A DNA stretch of 64,000 nucleotides from Bacteroidota bacterium (GCA_025998875.1 AP024675.1:821589-885588); one strand, 5' to 3'. Numbered from the stretch's first letter, positions 46,408 to 55,894 are shown. Numbers and translations: made by a program. The notes: generated from the sequence alone by a model not told the origin.

Positions 46408-47759
46408 TCCAGAGCCAGCACCAGGCGTTTGAAGGTCTCTCCCCGATGCTCGTAGTTCTCGAACATATCGAAACTGGCACAAGCCGGGCTGAGCAGGACC
46501 ACCTCCCCCGGACGTGCCAGCGCACGCGCAGCCCGAACCGCATCTTCCATGGAGCGAGCCGGCACGGTCACCTCGACCAGCCCGCCGAGCTCCTCCTCTA
46601 TCTTGCGGGCTGACTCTCCGATGGTGATCAGCACCCGCACCTTACGGGCCACCAGAGGCTTGATCTTGCTGTAATCATTGCCCTTGTCCCGCCCCCCCAT
46701 GATGAGCACGATGGGCTGCTCGAAACTCTCCAGCGCATACCAGACGGAGTTCACGTTTGTCGCCTTGGAGTCGTTGATGTATATCACCCCATCGAGCTGG
46801 CGCACGAACTCCAGCCGGTGCGGCACGCCCTGGAAGGTCTGAAAACTCTCCCGGAGCACATCCTGCCGGATCTCCATGATCCGCGCTGCCAGCGCCGCAG
46901 CCAGGGAGTTGTAGATGTTGTGCCGTCCACGCACGTTGAGCTGCTCCATGGCGATACTCCACTCCTCCTGGTTCCAACGAATGACGAGCTCCCGACCCCG
47001 CAGAAAAGCGCCCTCGGAGAGCTCCAGGTTCTGGCTGAAGGCCAAGGCACGGGGCCTGAGCATGGACTCCTTGAGATGGGCGACGATGACCGGATCGTCG
47101 GCGTTGTAGAGGAAGAAATCCCCCTCGGTCTGATTTTCCAGGATACGGAACTTGGCCTGCACGTACCGGAAGAAATCCCCCCCGTAGCGATCCAGATGAT
47201 CCGGCGTAATGTTCAAGATCATCGCCAGATGCGGTCGAAAAGTGGCAATGTGGTCGAGCTGAAAGCTCGAGACCTCCAGCACCACGACGTGTTGCGGGGT
47301 GAGCTCGAGCACAAAATCCGAAAACGGGGCTCCGATGTTGCCTGCCACCACGGTGGGGCGCCCGGAATGCCGCAGTATATGCCCGAGTAGGCTCGTCGTT
47401 GTGGTCTTGCCGTTGGTCCCCGTAATGGCCACTATGGGGGCCGGACAGAACCAGGAGGCCACCTCGATTTCGCTGTAGATCGGCACCCCCCGCTCTCGCA
47501 GAGCCCTCACGATGGGCGCCTCATCCGGCACCCCGGGGCTGATCACAGCCCAGTGGGCCTCCAGGGCGCGCTCGCTATGCCCCCCCTCTTCGTACGGAAT
47601 GCCGGCCCGCTCCAGCGCCAGGCGCGTCTGTTGCGGCAACGTGGCCCGTTCGGTCACAAACACATGAGCCCCGAGCCGGCTCAGCAACTCCGCTGCCGCC
47701 CGCCCGCTACGAGCCCCCCCGATAACCGTCACCCGCTGCCCGGATACCTGAGCGCGCAT
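46404..47759 (-). CDS. murD: UDP-N-acetylmuramoylalanine--D-glutamate ligase
   Basis: VIGGARSGRAAAELL Rossmann start. ITGTNGKTTTTSLLGHIL Mur-ligase P-loop. Confidence 0.9.
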   Translation of the reverse strand: MRAQVSGQRVTVIGGARSGRAAAELLSRLGAHVFVTERATLPQQTRLALERAGIPYEEGGHSERALEAHWAVISPGVPDEAPIVRALRERGVPIYSEIEVASWFCPAPIVAITGTNGKTTTTSLLGHILRHSGRPTVVAGNIGAPFSDFVLELTPQHVVVLEVSSFQLDHIATFRPHLAMILNITPDHLDRYGGDFFRYVQAKFRILENQTEGDFFLYNADDPVIVAHLKESMLRPRALAFSQNLELSEGAFLRGRELVIRWNQEEWSIAMEQLNVRGRHNIYNSLAAALAARIMEIRQDVLRESFQTFQGVPHRLEFVRQLDGVIYINDSKATNVNSVWYALESFEQPIVLIMGGRDKGNDYSKIKPLVARKVRVLITIGESARKIEEELGGLVEVTVPARSMEDAVRAARALARPGEVVLLSPACASFDMFENYEHRGETFKRLVLALE

Positions 47760-47763
47760 ACCC

Positions 47764-48912
47764 TCACCGCAACTTCAGCGTGATGATCGTGAAAATGGCC
47801 AGCACCACCGTGATGATCCAGAAACGCACAACCACCTTGGCCTCATGCCACCCTTTGAGCTCGAAGTGGTGATGGAGCGGGGCCATCCGAAAAATGCGTC
47901 TGCCGTGCCCGTAACGACGCCGTGTGTATTTGAAATACGTCGTCTGAATGATCACCGAGAGCGTCTCCAGAAAGAAAATGCCGCACAGGATCGGCAGCAG
48001 TAGCTCCTTACGAACCAGAATAGCGATCGTACCGATAGCAGCCCCCAGGGTGAGCGAACCGGTATCCCCCATGAAAACCTGAGCCGGATAGGCGTTATAC
48101 CACAGAAAGCCCAGACATGCCCCCACCATGGCACCCACATAGATGGACAGCTCCCCCGCCCCGGGCAGATAGAGGATGTCGAGGTAACGAGAAAAGTCCA
48201 CACGCCCGGACACGTAGGCCAGTATCGCCAGCGCGATCCCCACGATCGCCGTCGTACCGGCTGCCAGACCGTCGAGCCCATCGGTGAGGTTTACCGCATT
48301 GGATACGGCCGTGATAATGAAGGTGACCACGGGAATGTAGATGAGCCATCCCAGGTCTACACCCTGGATCCAGTGACGAAGGAAGTTGTAATCCAGCTCC
48401 CCCTGCTTGACAAACGGGACCGTGGTCACGGTCCGAAACCCCTCGAAGGCCGGGTGTATGTAGAGAATCATCCCGACCAGAACACCCAGGGAGAGTTGGC
48501 CGATCAGCTTGGTTCGCTTCCGCAATCCCGCTTTGTTGCCCTTGACCACTTTGATGTAGTCGTCCAGAAAACCCACCAGGCCCATCCAGACCGTGACCAG
48601 CGCCATCGTCCAGGTGTAGATCGAGGACCAATCGCCCCATAACAGCAGCGGAATCAGGATGGCGACTAAAATGAGCAATCCGCCCATGGTCGGGGTACCG
48701 GCCTTGTGTTGATGGGAGGCCGGGCCCAGATCGCGGATCCGCTCCCCGATCTGACGCCGCCGCAGCGCCTCGATGAGGGGGTTGCCGAGCAGTAAGGCGA
48801 TGGCCAGGGCCGATAGAGCCGCCAGGCCGGCCCGAACGGATATATAGCCAAACACCCCGAATCCGGGCGGGGCGTAGGTGCGTTCTAGCCAGGCGAGCAG
48901 TTCGTAGAGCAC
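47764..48912 (-). CDS. mraY: phospho-N-acetylmuramoyl-pentapeptide transferase
   Basis: MraY motifs (NAVNLTDGLDGLAAG, VFMGDTGSLTLGAAIG). Start proposed at GTG 48912 (VLYELLAWL…), preceded by GGAGG and placed 1 nt after the murE stop. The ATG at 48984 would overlap murE by 70 nt. Confidence 0.85.
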   Translation of the reverse strand: MLYELLAWLERTYAPPGFGVFGYISVRAGLAALSALAIALLLGNPLIEALRRRQIGERIRDLGPASHQHKAGTPTMGGLLILVAILIPLLLWGDWSSIYTWTMALVTVWMGLVGFLDDYIKVVKGNKAGLRKRTKLIGQLSLGVLVGMILYIHPAFEGFRTVTTVPFVKQGELDYNFLRHWIQGVDLGWLIYIPVVTFIITAVSNAVNLTDGLDGLAAGTTAIVGIALAILAYVSGRVDFSRYLDILYLPGAGELSIYVGAMVGACLGFLWYNAYPAQVFMGDTGSLTLGAAIGTIAILVRKELLLPILCGIFFLETLSVIIQTTYFKYTRRRYGHGRRIFRMAPLHHHFELKGWHEAKVVVRFWIITVVLAIFTIITLKLR

Positions 48913-48913
48913 G

Positions 48914-50371
48914 CTACCTCCCTCTTTCTCGGAAGGCCTGTTCCAGCTCCCAGCGGTCGTCAAAGGGGCGCTTTTCCTGACCAATTACCTGATAGGTCTC
49001 ATGCCCCTTGCCGGCCACAAGCACCACATCGCCCGAACGGGCCTGCAGAGCCGCCCATCGGATCGCCTCGCGCCGGTCCATGATGCGCGCGGCGCGGTCC
49101 GGGTGCCGCATACCGGCCTGGATCTCATCGAGAATAGCTTCGGGATCCTCACTGCGCGGGTTATCGCTCGTCAGGATCACCACATCGGCGTACTCCTCGG
49201 CGATCTGCCCCATGATGGGGCGTTTGCCCCGGTCTCGATCCCCCCCGCAACCGAAGACCAGCCAGAGACGTCCTGCTGCGGGCATATCGGCCCGAAGCGC
49301 CCGTAGTACGTTCTCGAGCGCATCCGGACTATGGGCATAATCGACGATCCCGATGACCCCGTCGGAACTCACCACCCGCTCGAAACGCCCCGGAACCGGC
49401 GGGCAAGTGCTCAAGACCGCCAGCGCCCGATGGGATTCCAGCCCCGCTTCCACCAGGGCCGCCCAAGCGGCCAGGATGTTGTAGACATTGAAGCGGCCCA
49501 CCAACCGAAAAGCGTACTCATGCCCTCCGGCCCGGAGCCGAATCCCGTCAAGGGAATGCTCCAGGACCTCGACCTGATAAGCCGCCGGCGTCTCTATACC
49601 ATAGGAAACCACCCGACGGGCGGGGCTGTCGGCCACGATGGCCGGACCCCATGGGTCGTCCGCGTTGTAGATGGCCACGGCATCGGGCCGTAGCCCATCA
49701 AAGAGCTTCTTTTTGGCCGCGAAGTACGCCTCCATGGTGCCGTGATAATCCAGGTGATCCCGGCTCAGGTTCGTGAACACGGCCACCTGAAAGGGGAGAC
49801 CCCAGACGCGATCCTGATCCAGCGCATGCGAAGAGACCTCCATCACGGCTGCCCGCCCCCCATGCTGCACGATGCGCGCCAGCAGGCCGTACAGATCCAG
49901 CGACTCCGGAGTGGTATGCACCGCATCCTCGATCTCCCCGACCAGATCATAGCGCACCGTGCCAATGAGCCCGGCGGGCATACCGCTCTGCTGCAAGCCA
50001 TACTGGATCAGATGCGTGGTGGTGGTTTTGCCATTGGTGCCTGTCACCCCGACGAGCAACAGGCGCTTTTCCGGGTGCCCGTAGTAGACGGCCGCCATTT
50101 GCGCCAGCGCCCTCCGGCTATGGGGCACCCGTACATAGACGACCCCCCGATCCCGGTACTCGGGCAACTCTTCGAGCACCACGGCCACAGCCCCCCGCCG
50201 GACGGCCTCACCCACGAATCGGTGGCCGTCGGTCTGGCTGCCCTTCAGCGCTACAAAGACGCTTCCCGGACGCGCCCGGCGGGAATCATAAACGATATCG
50301 ACGGCCTCCCGCTCGAGATCGCCCTGCACCTCGAGCACTTCAAGGGGCGCTATGAGGGTCTGCAGGCGCAT
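48914..50371 (-). CDS. murE: UDP-N-acetylmuramoyl-L-alanyl-D-glutamate--2,6-diaminopimelate ligase
   Basis: VGVTGTNGKTTTTHLI P-loop. Downstream DNPR-type motif (ILTSDNPRSEDP) typical of meso-DAP-adding MurE. Confidence 0.85.
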   Translation of the reverse strand: MRLQTLIAPLEVLEVQGDLEREAVDIVYDSRRARPGSVFVALKGSQTDGHRFVGEAVRRGAVAVVLEELPEYRDRGVVYVRVPHSRRALAQMAAVYYGHPEKRLLLVGVTGTNGKTTTTHLIQYGLQQSGMPAGLIGTVRYDLVGEIEDAVHTTPESLDLYGLLARIVQHGGRAAVMEVSSHALDQDRVWGLPFQVAVFTNLSRDHLDYHGTMEAYFAAKKKLFDGLRPDAVAIYNADDPWGPAIVADSPARRVVSYGIETPAAYQVEVLEHSLDGIRLRAGGHEYAFRLVGRFNVYNILAAWAALVEAGLESHRALAVLSTCPPVPGRFERVVSSDGVIGIVDYAHSPDALENVLRALRADMPAAGRLWLVFGCGGDRDRGKRPIMGQIAEEYADVVILTSDNPRSEDPEAILDEIQAGMRHPDRAARIMDRREAIRWAALQARSGDVVLVAGKGHETYQVIGQEKRPFDDRWELEQAFRERGR

Positions 50372-50373
50372 AC

Positions 50374-52455
50374 TTATTTCCAACCCGCTATGAGATGCAC
50401 TCGTGGGGGAATCGCCGCGCCCGGGTTGGGCTCCTGGCGGACCACCTTTCCCCACCCTTCCCACCTGACCCGGACCCCGCTGCGCTCCAGCGCCTCCACG
50501 GCCCATCGAAGCGGTAAGCCGACCAACTCCGGCATAGGCCCGGGACGCCTGAGACTCCGAACGCGAACAGCAGAACCCACCGGCACCAGGGTTCCTGGAC
50601 GGGGCTGCTGCTCCTGTACCCAGCCCGCCTCCTCTTCGGAGGCCTCAAGCTTTAGGTATAACGCCGCGCAGAGTTCCTGCGCCTGCTCGAGGGGAAGGCC
50701 TACGAGATTGGGCACAGGCAGCCGTGCCTCCGCAGGATATCCGTCCGCCTGCGCCGAAGAGGCCAGCAAACGCTGCACGTCCGGCATAAGCCCGCCCAAC
50801 CGATAGGCGATGCGGCGGAACACCGGAGCAACCACCTCGCCGGCATAGTAGGCTCCCCGGGGATGCCCGATCATGACCAGAAGAACAGCCCGCGGCTCCT
50901 GAGCGGGGAAAAACCCCACAAACATGGCCCGGTATTGAGCCTCATAGCGGCCTTCCTGCACCACCTTGGCCGTTCCCGTTTTGCCCGCCACGGAGAGTTC
51001 TTCCAGGCGAGCTCGCACTCCGGTTCCCCGCTCAACCACCTGCATGAGCAATTCGCGCATGATACGAGCGCTTTCAGGAGAACAGACGCGACGGGTCACC
51101 TGGGGTCGCGTAATCCATCGACGCCCCGTGTTGGGATCCCTGCGCTCGGCGACCAGATAAGGCCGCATCAGCAATCCGCCGTTGGCCACGGCCGCATAAG
51201 CGCAGAGAAGCTGAAGCGGCGTCACAGCCACCTCGTAGCCAATGGCCATCCAGTACAGAGTCGTGCCCGACCACTGCGAGGGCTTTTTCAAACGCCCCCC
51301 GACCTCGCCCGGCAGATCAATGCCCGTCCGGCTACCGAAACCCAGATTACGGGCCATCTGATAGAGCGCCCCCTTTCCGGCGCGCTCGGCCACATGCGCC
51401 AGCGCCACGTTGCTGGAACGAGCCAGCGCTTCGGCGAGGCTGATCGCTCCCCAGTCCTCGGGATCGCGCATCACAATTCCGCGAAATACCCCGAATCCGG
51501 AGGGAAAGCGCATCTCCGGACGCACCACCCCCCGTTCTAGAGCGGCCAGAGCGGTGACGAGCTTGAACGTCGATCCAGGCTCCAGGGGATCGGTGATGGC
51601 CCGGTTACGCAGCCATTCCACAGGAACTGCCCCCGGACGATTGGGATCATAGGTCGGGTACACGGCCCAGGCCCGAATCGCCCCTGTATGCGGATCCATA
51701 AGGATGGCCACCCCCCAGTCGGCGCCCGCCGTGCGCACCCCATTGGCCAGTTCCGCCTCCACAATAGCCTGTTTACGCAGATCCAGGGTGAGCACGACAT
51801 CCTGGCCATGGTGGGGCTCGACCTCCGGAGCACCCACCAAGGGACGCAGTCGGCCCAATCGGTCGCGCCGCACCAGCCGACGACCCGGATGCCCCCGTAG
51901 GAGAGAATCGTAGTAGGCCTCGACGCCGGCTACCCCGTTGCCCTCGAGGTTCACGTAGCCGAGCACATGGGCCGCAAGCTGCCGATACGGATAGGTTCGC
52001 TCCAGTCGCCGCTCCAGAATGAGCCCGGGCCAGCGTTCCCGCTCCAGTTGCCTGGCCTCCTGCTCCGGCAGACCGGACTCCAGGAGCACATATCGAGCGC
52101 TGCCGGCCTGGCGCACCCGCCGGGCATAGAAGTCCGGATCCCGACCAGAAAATTGAGCGAGACGATTGTACAAGGCCGATGCAGACTCGGCAAAGCGGGA
52201 CACTTTCGGGTCTACGGCCACCCGATAACGCACCTCCAGGGTAGCCAGCACCCTTCCCTGGCTATCGTAGATCGCCCCGCGCCGTGCGGGAATGTCCACA
52301 TGCCGATAGGCCTGCTGCTGGCCCAGCTGGCGCCACCGGAAGCCCTCGAGGAGCTGAATCTGCACAAGACGCCCGAGCAGGATCGGGAAACCCAGCAGAA
52401 GAATCAGCCCCACCAGAAGGAGGCGACGCCGCATCTGAACGGATTCTTTGCTCAT
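50374..52455 (-). CDS. ftsI: peptidoglycan D,D-transpeptidase FtsI (PBP2B/PBP3-like) with two C-terminal PASTA-like domains
   Basis: N-terminal TM anchor and dimerisation domain. Transpeptidase motifs (STFK in PGSTFKLVT, SSN, KTGTA). C-terminal repeats of the form PxLVGLPL…A…L…G beta-3/alpha PASTA pattern. Confidence 0.85.
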   Translation of the reverse strand: MSKESVQMRRRLLLVGLILLLGFPILLGRLVQIQLLEGFRWRQLGQQQAYRHVDIPARRGAIYDSQGRVLATLEVRYRVAVDPKVSRFAESASALYNRLAQFSGRDPDFYARRVRQAGSARYVLLESGLPEQEARQLERERWPGLILERRLERTYPYRQLAAHVLGYVNLEGNGVAGVEAYYDSLLRGHPGRRLVRRDRLGRLRPLVGAPEVEPHHGQDVVLTLDLRKQAIVEAELANGVRTAGADWGVAILMDPHTGAIRAWAVYPTYDPNRPGAVPVEWLRNRAITDPLEPGSTFKLVTALAALERGVVRPEMRFPSGFGVFRGIVMRDPEDWGAISLAEALARSSNVALAHVAERAGKGALYQMARNLGFGSRTGIDLPGEVGGRLKKPSQWSGTTLYWMAIGYEVAVTPLQLLCAYAAVANGGLLMRPYLVAERRDPNTGRRWITRPQVTRRVCSPESARIMRELLMQVVERGTGVRARLEELSVAGKTGTAKVVQEGRYEAQYRAMFVGFFPAQEPRAVLLVMIGHPRGAYYAGEVVAPVFRRIAYRLGGLMPDVQRLLASSAQADGYPAEARLPVPNLVGLPLEQAQELCAALYLKLEASEEEAGWVQEQQPRPGTLVPVGSAVRVRSLRRPGPMPELVGLPLRWAVEALERSGVRVRWEGWGKVVRQEPNPGAAIPPRVHLIAGWK

Positions 52456-52817
52456 TGCTCGAAATAGAGCTCACGATAACGCAGGTCCTCGATTAGCCCC
52501 AGAGCGTTGGCCGCCTCGTAAATCCGGGATGGCGCGGTGAGGCGATAGTACTCGTGTTCGAGTAGTGCTTTTTGCGCCTGTAGGGACTCATGCTCTCGGC
52601 GGATCTGGGCCAGCTCCTCGGCCAGAACCTGGACCCGCAGCACGTGCCAGATGTAGGCGGCCCCGAGCAACAGTAACCCGAAAAACCACATCAACCCGGA
52701 CCATCCGCTCCGCTTGTGCAAGACGGCCCCTGCTGTCGGTCTCCGGCCGGGGCGCGGTCGAGCCCGGACTGTCCGCCTCGGTGGCAAAACCTGTCCCTGA
52801 TTGACATAGCGACTCAT
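52452..52817 (-). CDS. ftsL: cell division protein FtsL-like (small bitopic coiled-coil protein)
   Basis: 121 aa. Single TM (LMWFFGLLLLGAAYIW) followed by a coiled-coil (LAEELAQIRREHESLQAQKALLEHEYYRL). Lies between rsmH and ftsI. Confidence 0.5.
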   Translation of the reverse strand: MSRYVNQGQVLPPRRTVRARPRPGRRPTAGAVLHKRSGWSGLMWFFGLLLLGAAYIWHVLRVQVLAEELAQIRREHESLQAQKALLEHEYYRLTAPSRIYEAANALGLIEDLRYRELYFEQ

Positions 52818-53731
52818 GGGCTATCCTCCAGCCGTTCGGCTACGCGCATGCGGGCACTGCGCGCCCGAGGGTTGCGAGCCACCTCGAGCGGGTCTGGGCG
52901 TACCGGCTTTTCGGTAAGCATACGCCAGGGTCGCCTTAGAACCCCCTTCAGATCGCGTATCGGTCTGCCCTCCGGGTTTCCGTAGCACATCAGGCGCTTG
53001 ACCAGTCGATCCTCAAGAGAGTGGTAACTGAGGACCACCAGCCTTCCCCCCGGCCGCACCCAGTGTGCGATGCTCACCAGAAAGCGCTCCAGGGCCCCGA
53101 GTTCGTCATTGACCTCGATCCGGATGGCCTGAAAGACCCTGGCCAGGGTCTGCAGACGCTCCGGTTCAGGCACCACGGCTTCTATGGCATGGCGCAACTG
53201 CATCGTGTCGCGCAGTGGCCTTTTTGCCACGATACTCCGCGCAATCCGACGTGCGCGAGGTTCCTCCCCGTAGCGCCGGATCAGCCGCTCCAGCTCGTGG
53301 AGCGAGTAGGTGTTGACGACCAGCTCGGCGGTAAGCGGTCGGCTGCGATCCATGCGCATATCCAGCGGACCCGGCACCCGAAAGCTGAAACCTCGCTCCG
53401 GGGAGTCCAGGAAATAGGATGACACCCCCAGATCGGCCAGCACCCCATCGAGCAACTCGACCCCGAGCTGCTGCAGGAGGATATCGACATCAGCGAAGTT
53501 GCCGTGCAGCAGGTGCACCCGCTTGCCGAAACGGGCCAACCTCTGACGGGCCGCCCGGAGGGCATCGACATCCTGATCGATACCGATCAGCCTTCCCTTC
53601 GGTCCGAGCCGGCTTAACAGCGCACAGGCGTGCCCGCCGCCCCCGATGGTGGCATCCAGATAGACGCCGTCCGAACGGACGAAGACGGCCTCTACGGCGG
53701 CCTCCCACAGGACGGGCTCATGATGGTACAT
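52814..53731 (-). CDS. rsmH: 16S rRNA (cytosine1402-N4)-methyltransferase
   Basis: MYHHEPVLWEAAVE… start typical of RsmH/MraW. DATIGGGGHA SAM motif. The start ATG overlaps the mraZ stop by 1 nt. Confidence 0.9.
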   Translation of the reverse strand: MYHHEPVLWEAAVEAVFVRSDGVYLDATIGGGGHACALLSRLGPKGRLIGIDQDVDALRAARQRLARFGKRVHLLHGNFADVDILLQQLGVELLDGVLADLGVSSYFLDSPERGFSFRVPGPLDMRMDRSRPLTAELVVNTYSLHELERLIRRYGEEPRARRIARSIVAKRPLRDTMQLRHAIEAVVPEPERLQTLARVFQAIRIEVNDELGALERFLVSIAHWVRPGGRLVVLSYHSLEDRLVKRLMCYGNPEGRPIRDLKGVLRRPWRMLTEKPVRPDPLEVARNPRARSARMRVAERLEDSP

Positions 53732-54174
53732 CACGAAGTTCCCATAACCCATTCGGCCACCTGACCGAACTGCTCCGGTGAAAGCTGATGCTGGGCAAAG
53801 CGCTCCGGACTCCAGAGCTCGATGCGATCGAGCATACCGAGGATGATGACCCGATTTTGGATGCCGGCCCATTCCAGGTGCTCCCGAGGAATCATGATGC
53901 GGTGCTGCCCATCCAGTTCCACGTCTTCGGCCCAAGCCAGGAATTCGCGCAGAAAAAGCCGCACCTGCTGCTGGTAGAGGTTGTGCTGCCGAAGCTGCGC
54001 CTCGATCCGCTGCCAGACATCGGCAGGGTAGAGAACCAGACATGGATCCTCTCCCCGGGTGACGACAAAACGCCCTTCGGCCTCGGGGCTGAGGGATCGA
54101 CGCAGCTTATAGGGCAGCATAATCCGCCCCTTTTCATCAACGGCGTAATCATATCGGCCTTTGAAGCTGGGCAT
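53731..54174 (-). CDS. mraZ: transcriptional regulator MraZ
   Basis: MPSFKGRYDYAVDEKGRIMLP… with duplicated DxxxR-containing MraZ halves (GRIMLP / HRIMIP). Confidence 0.9.
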   Translation of the reverse strand: MPSFKGRYDYAVDEKGRIMLPYKLRRSLSPEAEGRFVVTRGEDPCLVLYPADVWQRIEAQLRQHNLYQQQVRLFLREFLAWAEDVELDGQHRIMIPREHLEWAGIQNRVIILGMLDRIELWSPERFAQHQLSPEQFGQVAEWVMGTS

Positions 54175-54192
54175 TCAAAAAGACCCGCCAAA

Positions 54193-54257
54193 GCCCACCA
54201 CTTTCTACCACAAATTCCTATCACCGGCGAATTTAGCGTCTAAAGAGCAAAAGTCAA
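54193..54257 (-). promoter_or_regulatory. putative Pmra promoter (TTGACT-N16-TAAATT) with downstream GTGG(T/A) direct repeats resembling an MraZ operator
   Basis: Minus strand reads TTGACT (complement of 54252-54257) …TAAATT (54230-54235)… GTGATAGG-aattt-GTGGTAG-aaa-GTGGTGGG, ending 19 nt before the mraZ ATG. E. coli MraZ is known to bind GTGGG-type direct repeats just downstream of Pmra. Confidence 0.45.
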
Positions 54258-54418
54258 CCCCCATGAGTCTCTAAGCGGACTTTACCTATTTGTTTTTATA
54301 TTCGACGTAATTTTTTGATCTTTGTGTGAAAAACAAAAGTCGTAAAATAAAAAAGCAAAATATGGCGCCTAAAGACAAAATCCACACAAAGCGGGCCCCG
54401 GAGGCAGGGGACCGGTTT

Positions 54419-55876
54419 TTACCGGGAGGACACGATTTCGGGGGTTTCCTCGAAGCGCACGTTGATGTGTCGGGCCGCGTAGGCGTCGTCCAACCGACGC
54501 ACAGGGGTCGTATGCGGGGCGGTTCGGAGTAGCTCTGGCCGGGTCTCGGCCTCGTGGGCGATCTGAATCATCGCCTCCACGAAGGCATCCAGCGTTTCTT
54601 TGGACTCCGTTTCCGTGGGCTCGATCATGAGCGCCTCGGGCACGATGAGAGGGAAGTAAATGGTGGGCGCATGAAAGCCGTAATCCAGAATGCGCTTGGC
54701 TATATCCAGCGTACGCACGCCGTGGGCTTTCTGCCGTGTCCCGCTGAGCACGCACTCATGCATCACGGGGCCCGGATAGGGGGCTTCGTAGTAGGGACGC
54801 AAGCGGTGAAGCAGGTAATTGGCATTTAGAATGGCGTGTTCGCTCACCCGGCGCAGTCCCTCCGGGCCGTGCATGCGGATGTAGACGTAGGCCCGCACGA
54901 ACATACCGAAGTGCCCCCAGAAAGTGTGCACCTTGCCTATGCTCTGCCGATTACCCCAGTCAAGCCAGTACCGATCCCCATCGCGACGCACCTCGGGTTT
55001 GGGAAGGAAATCCCGCAACCGCTCCCCCACGGCCACAGGACCGCTTCCGGGTCCGCCCCCGCCATGGGGGGTGGAGAAGGTTTTGTGCAGGTTGATATGC
55101 ACCACATCGAAGCCCATATCCCCGGGCCGCACAATGCCCAGCAGGGCGTTTAGATTGGCCCCATCCATGTAGAGCAACCCGCCCACGCCGTGCACCAGGC
55201 GTTCGATCTCCAGAATCTGGCGTTCAAACAAGCCCAGCGTGTTTGGGTTGGTCAGCATAAACCCCGCCACATCCTCATCAAGATGCCGCCGGAGATCTTC
55301 TAGATCCGTCAGTCCGTTTTCGTGGGAGCGGATGTTGACGACCTCATATCCTGCGATGCGCACGCTGGCGGGATTGGTACCGTGGGCGGAATCCGGAATC
55401 AGAATTTTGCGACGAAGGCGCCCCTGTCGTTCATGATAGCGACGAAACAGCAATAGGCCCGTTAACTCGCCCTGGCTGCCCGCGGCCGGCTGCAGAGATA
55501 CGGCCTGCATGCCCGTGATCTCTTTGAGCAGCTCCTGGAGTTCGTACATGAGCCGGAGGGCCCCCTGCACGGCCCTTTCCGGCTCCAGCGGGTGCAGGCT
55601 CGTCCATCCGGGCAGCGCGGCCAGGCGCTCGTTGACCTTGGGGTTGTATTTCATCGTACAGGAGCCCAGAGGATAAAACCCCCTGTCGATATGAAAGTTC
55701 AGCGTAGAGAGCCGCACAAAGTGGCGCACCACCTCCGGCTCGCTCATCTCCGGCAACGCGGCGGGTTGACGACGCAACCAGGGTTCAGGAAGCGCGCTGC
55801 GCGGCACATCCAGCTCCGGAAGGGTGTAGCCTCGGCGACCATGCCGGCTTTTTTCAAACAACAACGGCTCGGACAT
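54419..55876 (-). CDS. gcvPB: glycine dehydrogenase (decarboxylating) subunit 2
   Basis: Full-length collinearity with the GcvPB PLP-dependent subunit (…[18 protein letters not shown]…), with the Schiff-base lysine in NLHKTF. Confidence 0.9.
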   Translation of the reverse strand: MSEPLLFEKSRHGRRGYTLPELDVPRSALPEPWLRRQPAALPEMSEPEVVRHFVRLSTLNFHIDRGFYPLGSCTMKYNPKVNERLAALPGWTSLHPLEPERAVQGALRLMYELQELLKEITGMQAVSLQPAAGSQGELTGLLLFRRYHERQGRLRRKILIPDSAHGTNPASVRIAGYEVVNIRSHENGLTDLEDLRRHLDEDVAGFMLTNPNTLGLFERQILEIERLVHGVGGLLYMDGANLNALLGIVRPGDMGFDVVHINLHKTFSTPHGGGGPGSGPVAVGERLRDFLPKPEVRRDGDRYWLDWGNRQSIGKVHTFWGHFGMFVRAYVYIRMHGPEGLRRVSEHAILNANYLLHRLRPYYEAPYPGPVMHECVLSGTRQKAHGVRTLDIAKRILDYGFHAPTIYFPLIVPEALMIEPTETESKETLDAFVEAMIQIAHEAETRPELLRTAPHTTPVRRLDDAYAARHINVRFEETPEIVSSR

Positions 55877-55894
55877 ACGATCCCTCTGTCGGCT

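Noticed and set aside
54396-54411. AAATCCACACAAAG in the mraZ upstream AT-rich island resembling a DnaA box
   Set aside because: Two mismatches to TTATCCACA at the critical 5' positions and no partner boxes. More likely a chance match within AT-rich DNA.
54369-54755. 128-aa minus-strand ORF extending from the AT-rich region into gcvPB in another frame
   Set aside because: It overlaps the 5'-ward part of the confirmed gcvPB frame on the same strand in a different frame, and its translation is Arg/Gly/Pro-rich with no motifs. Discarded as spurious.
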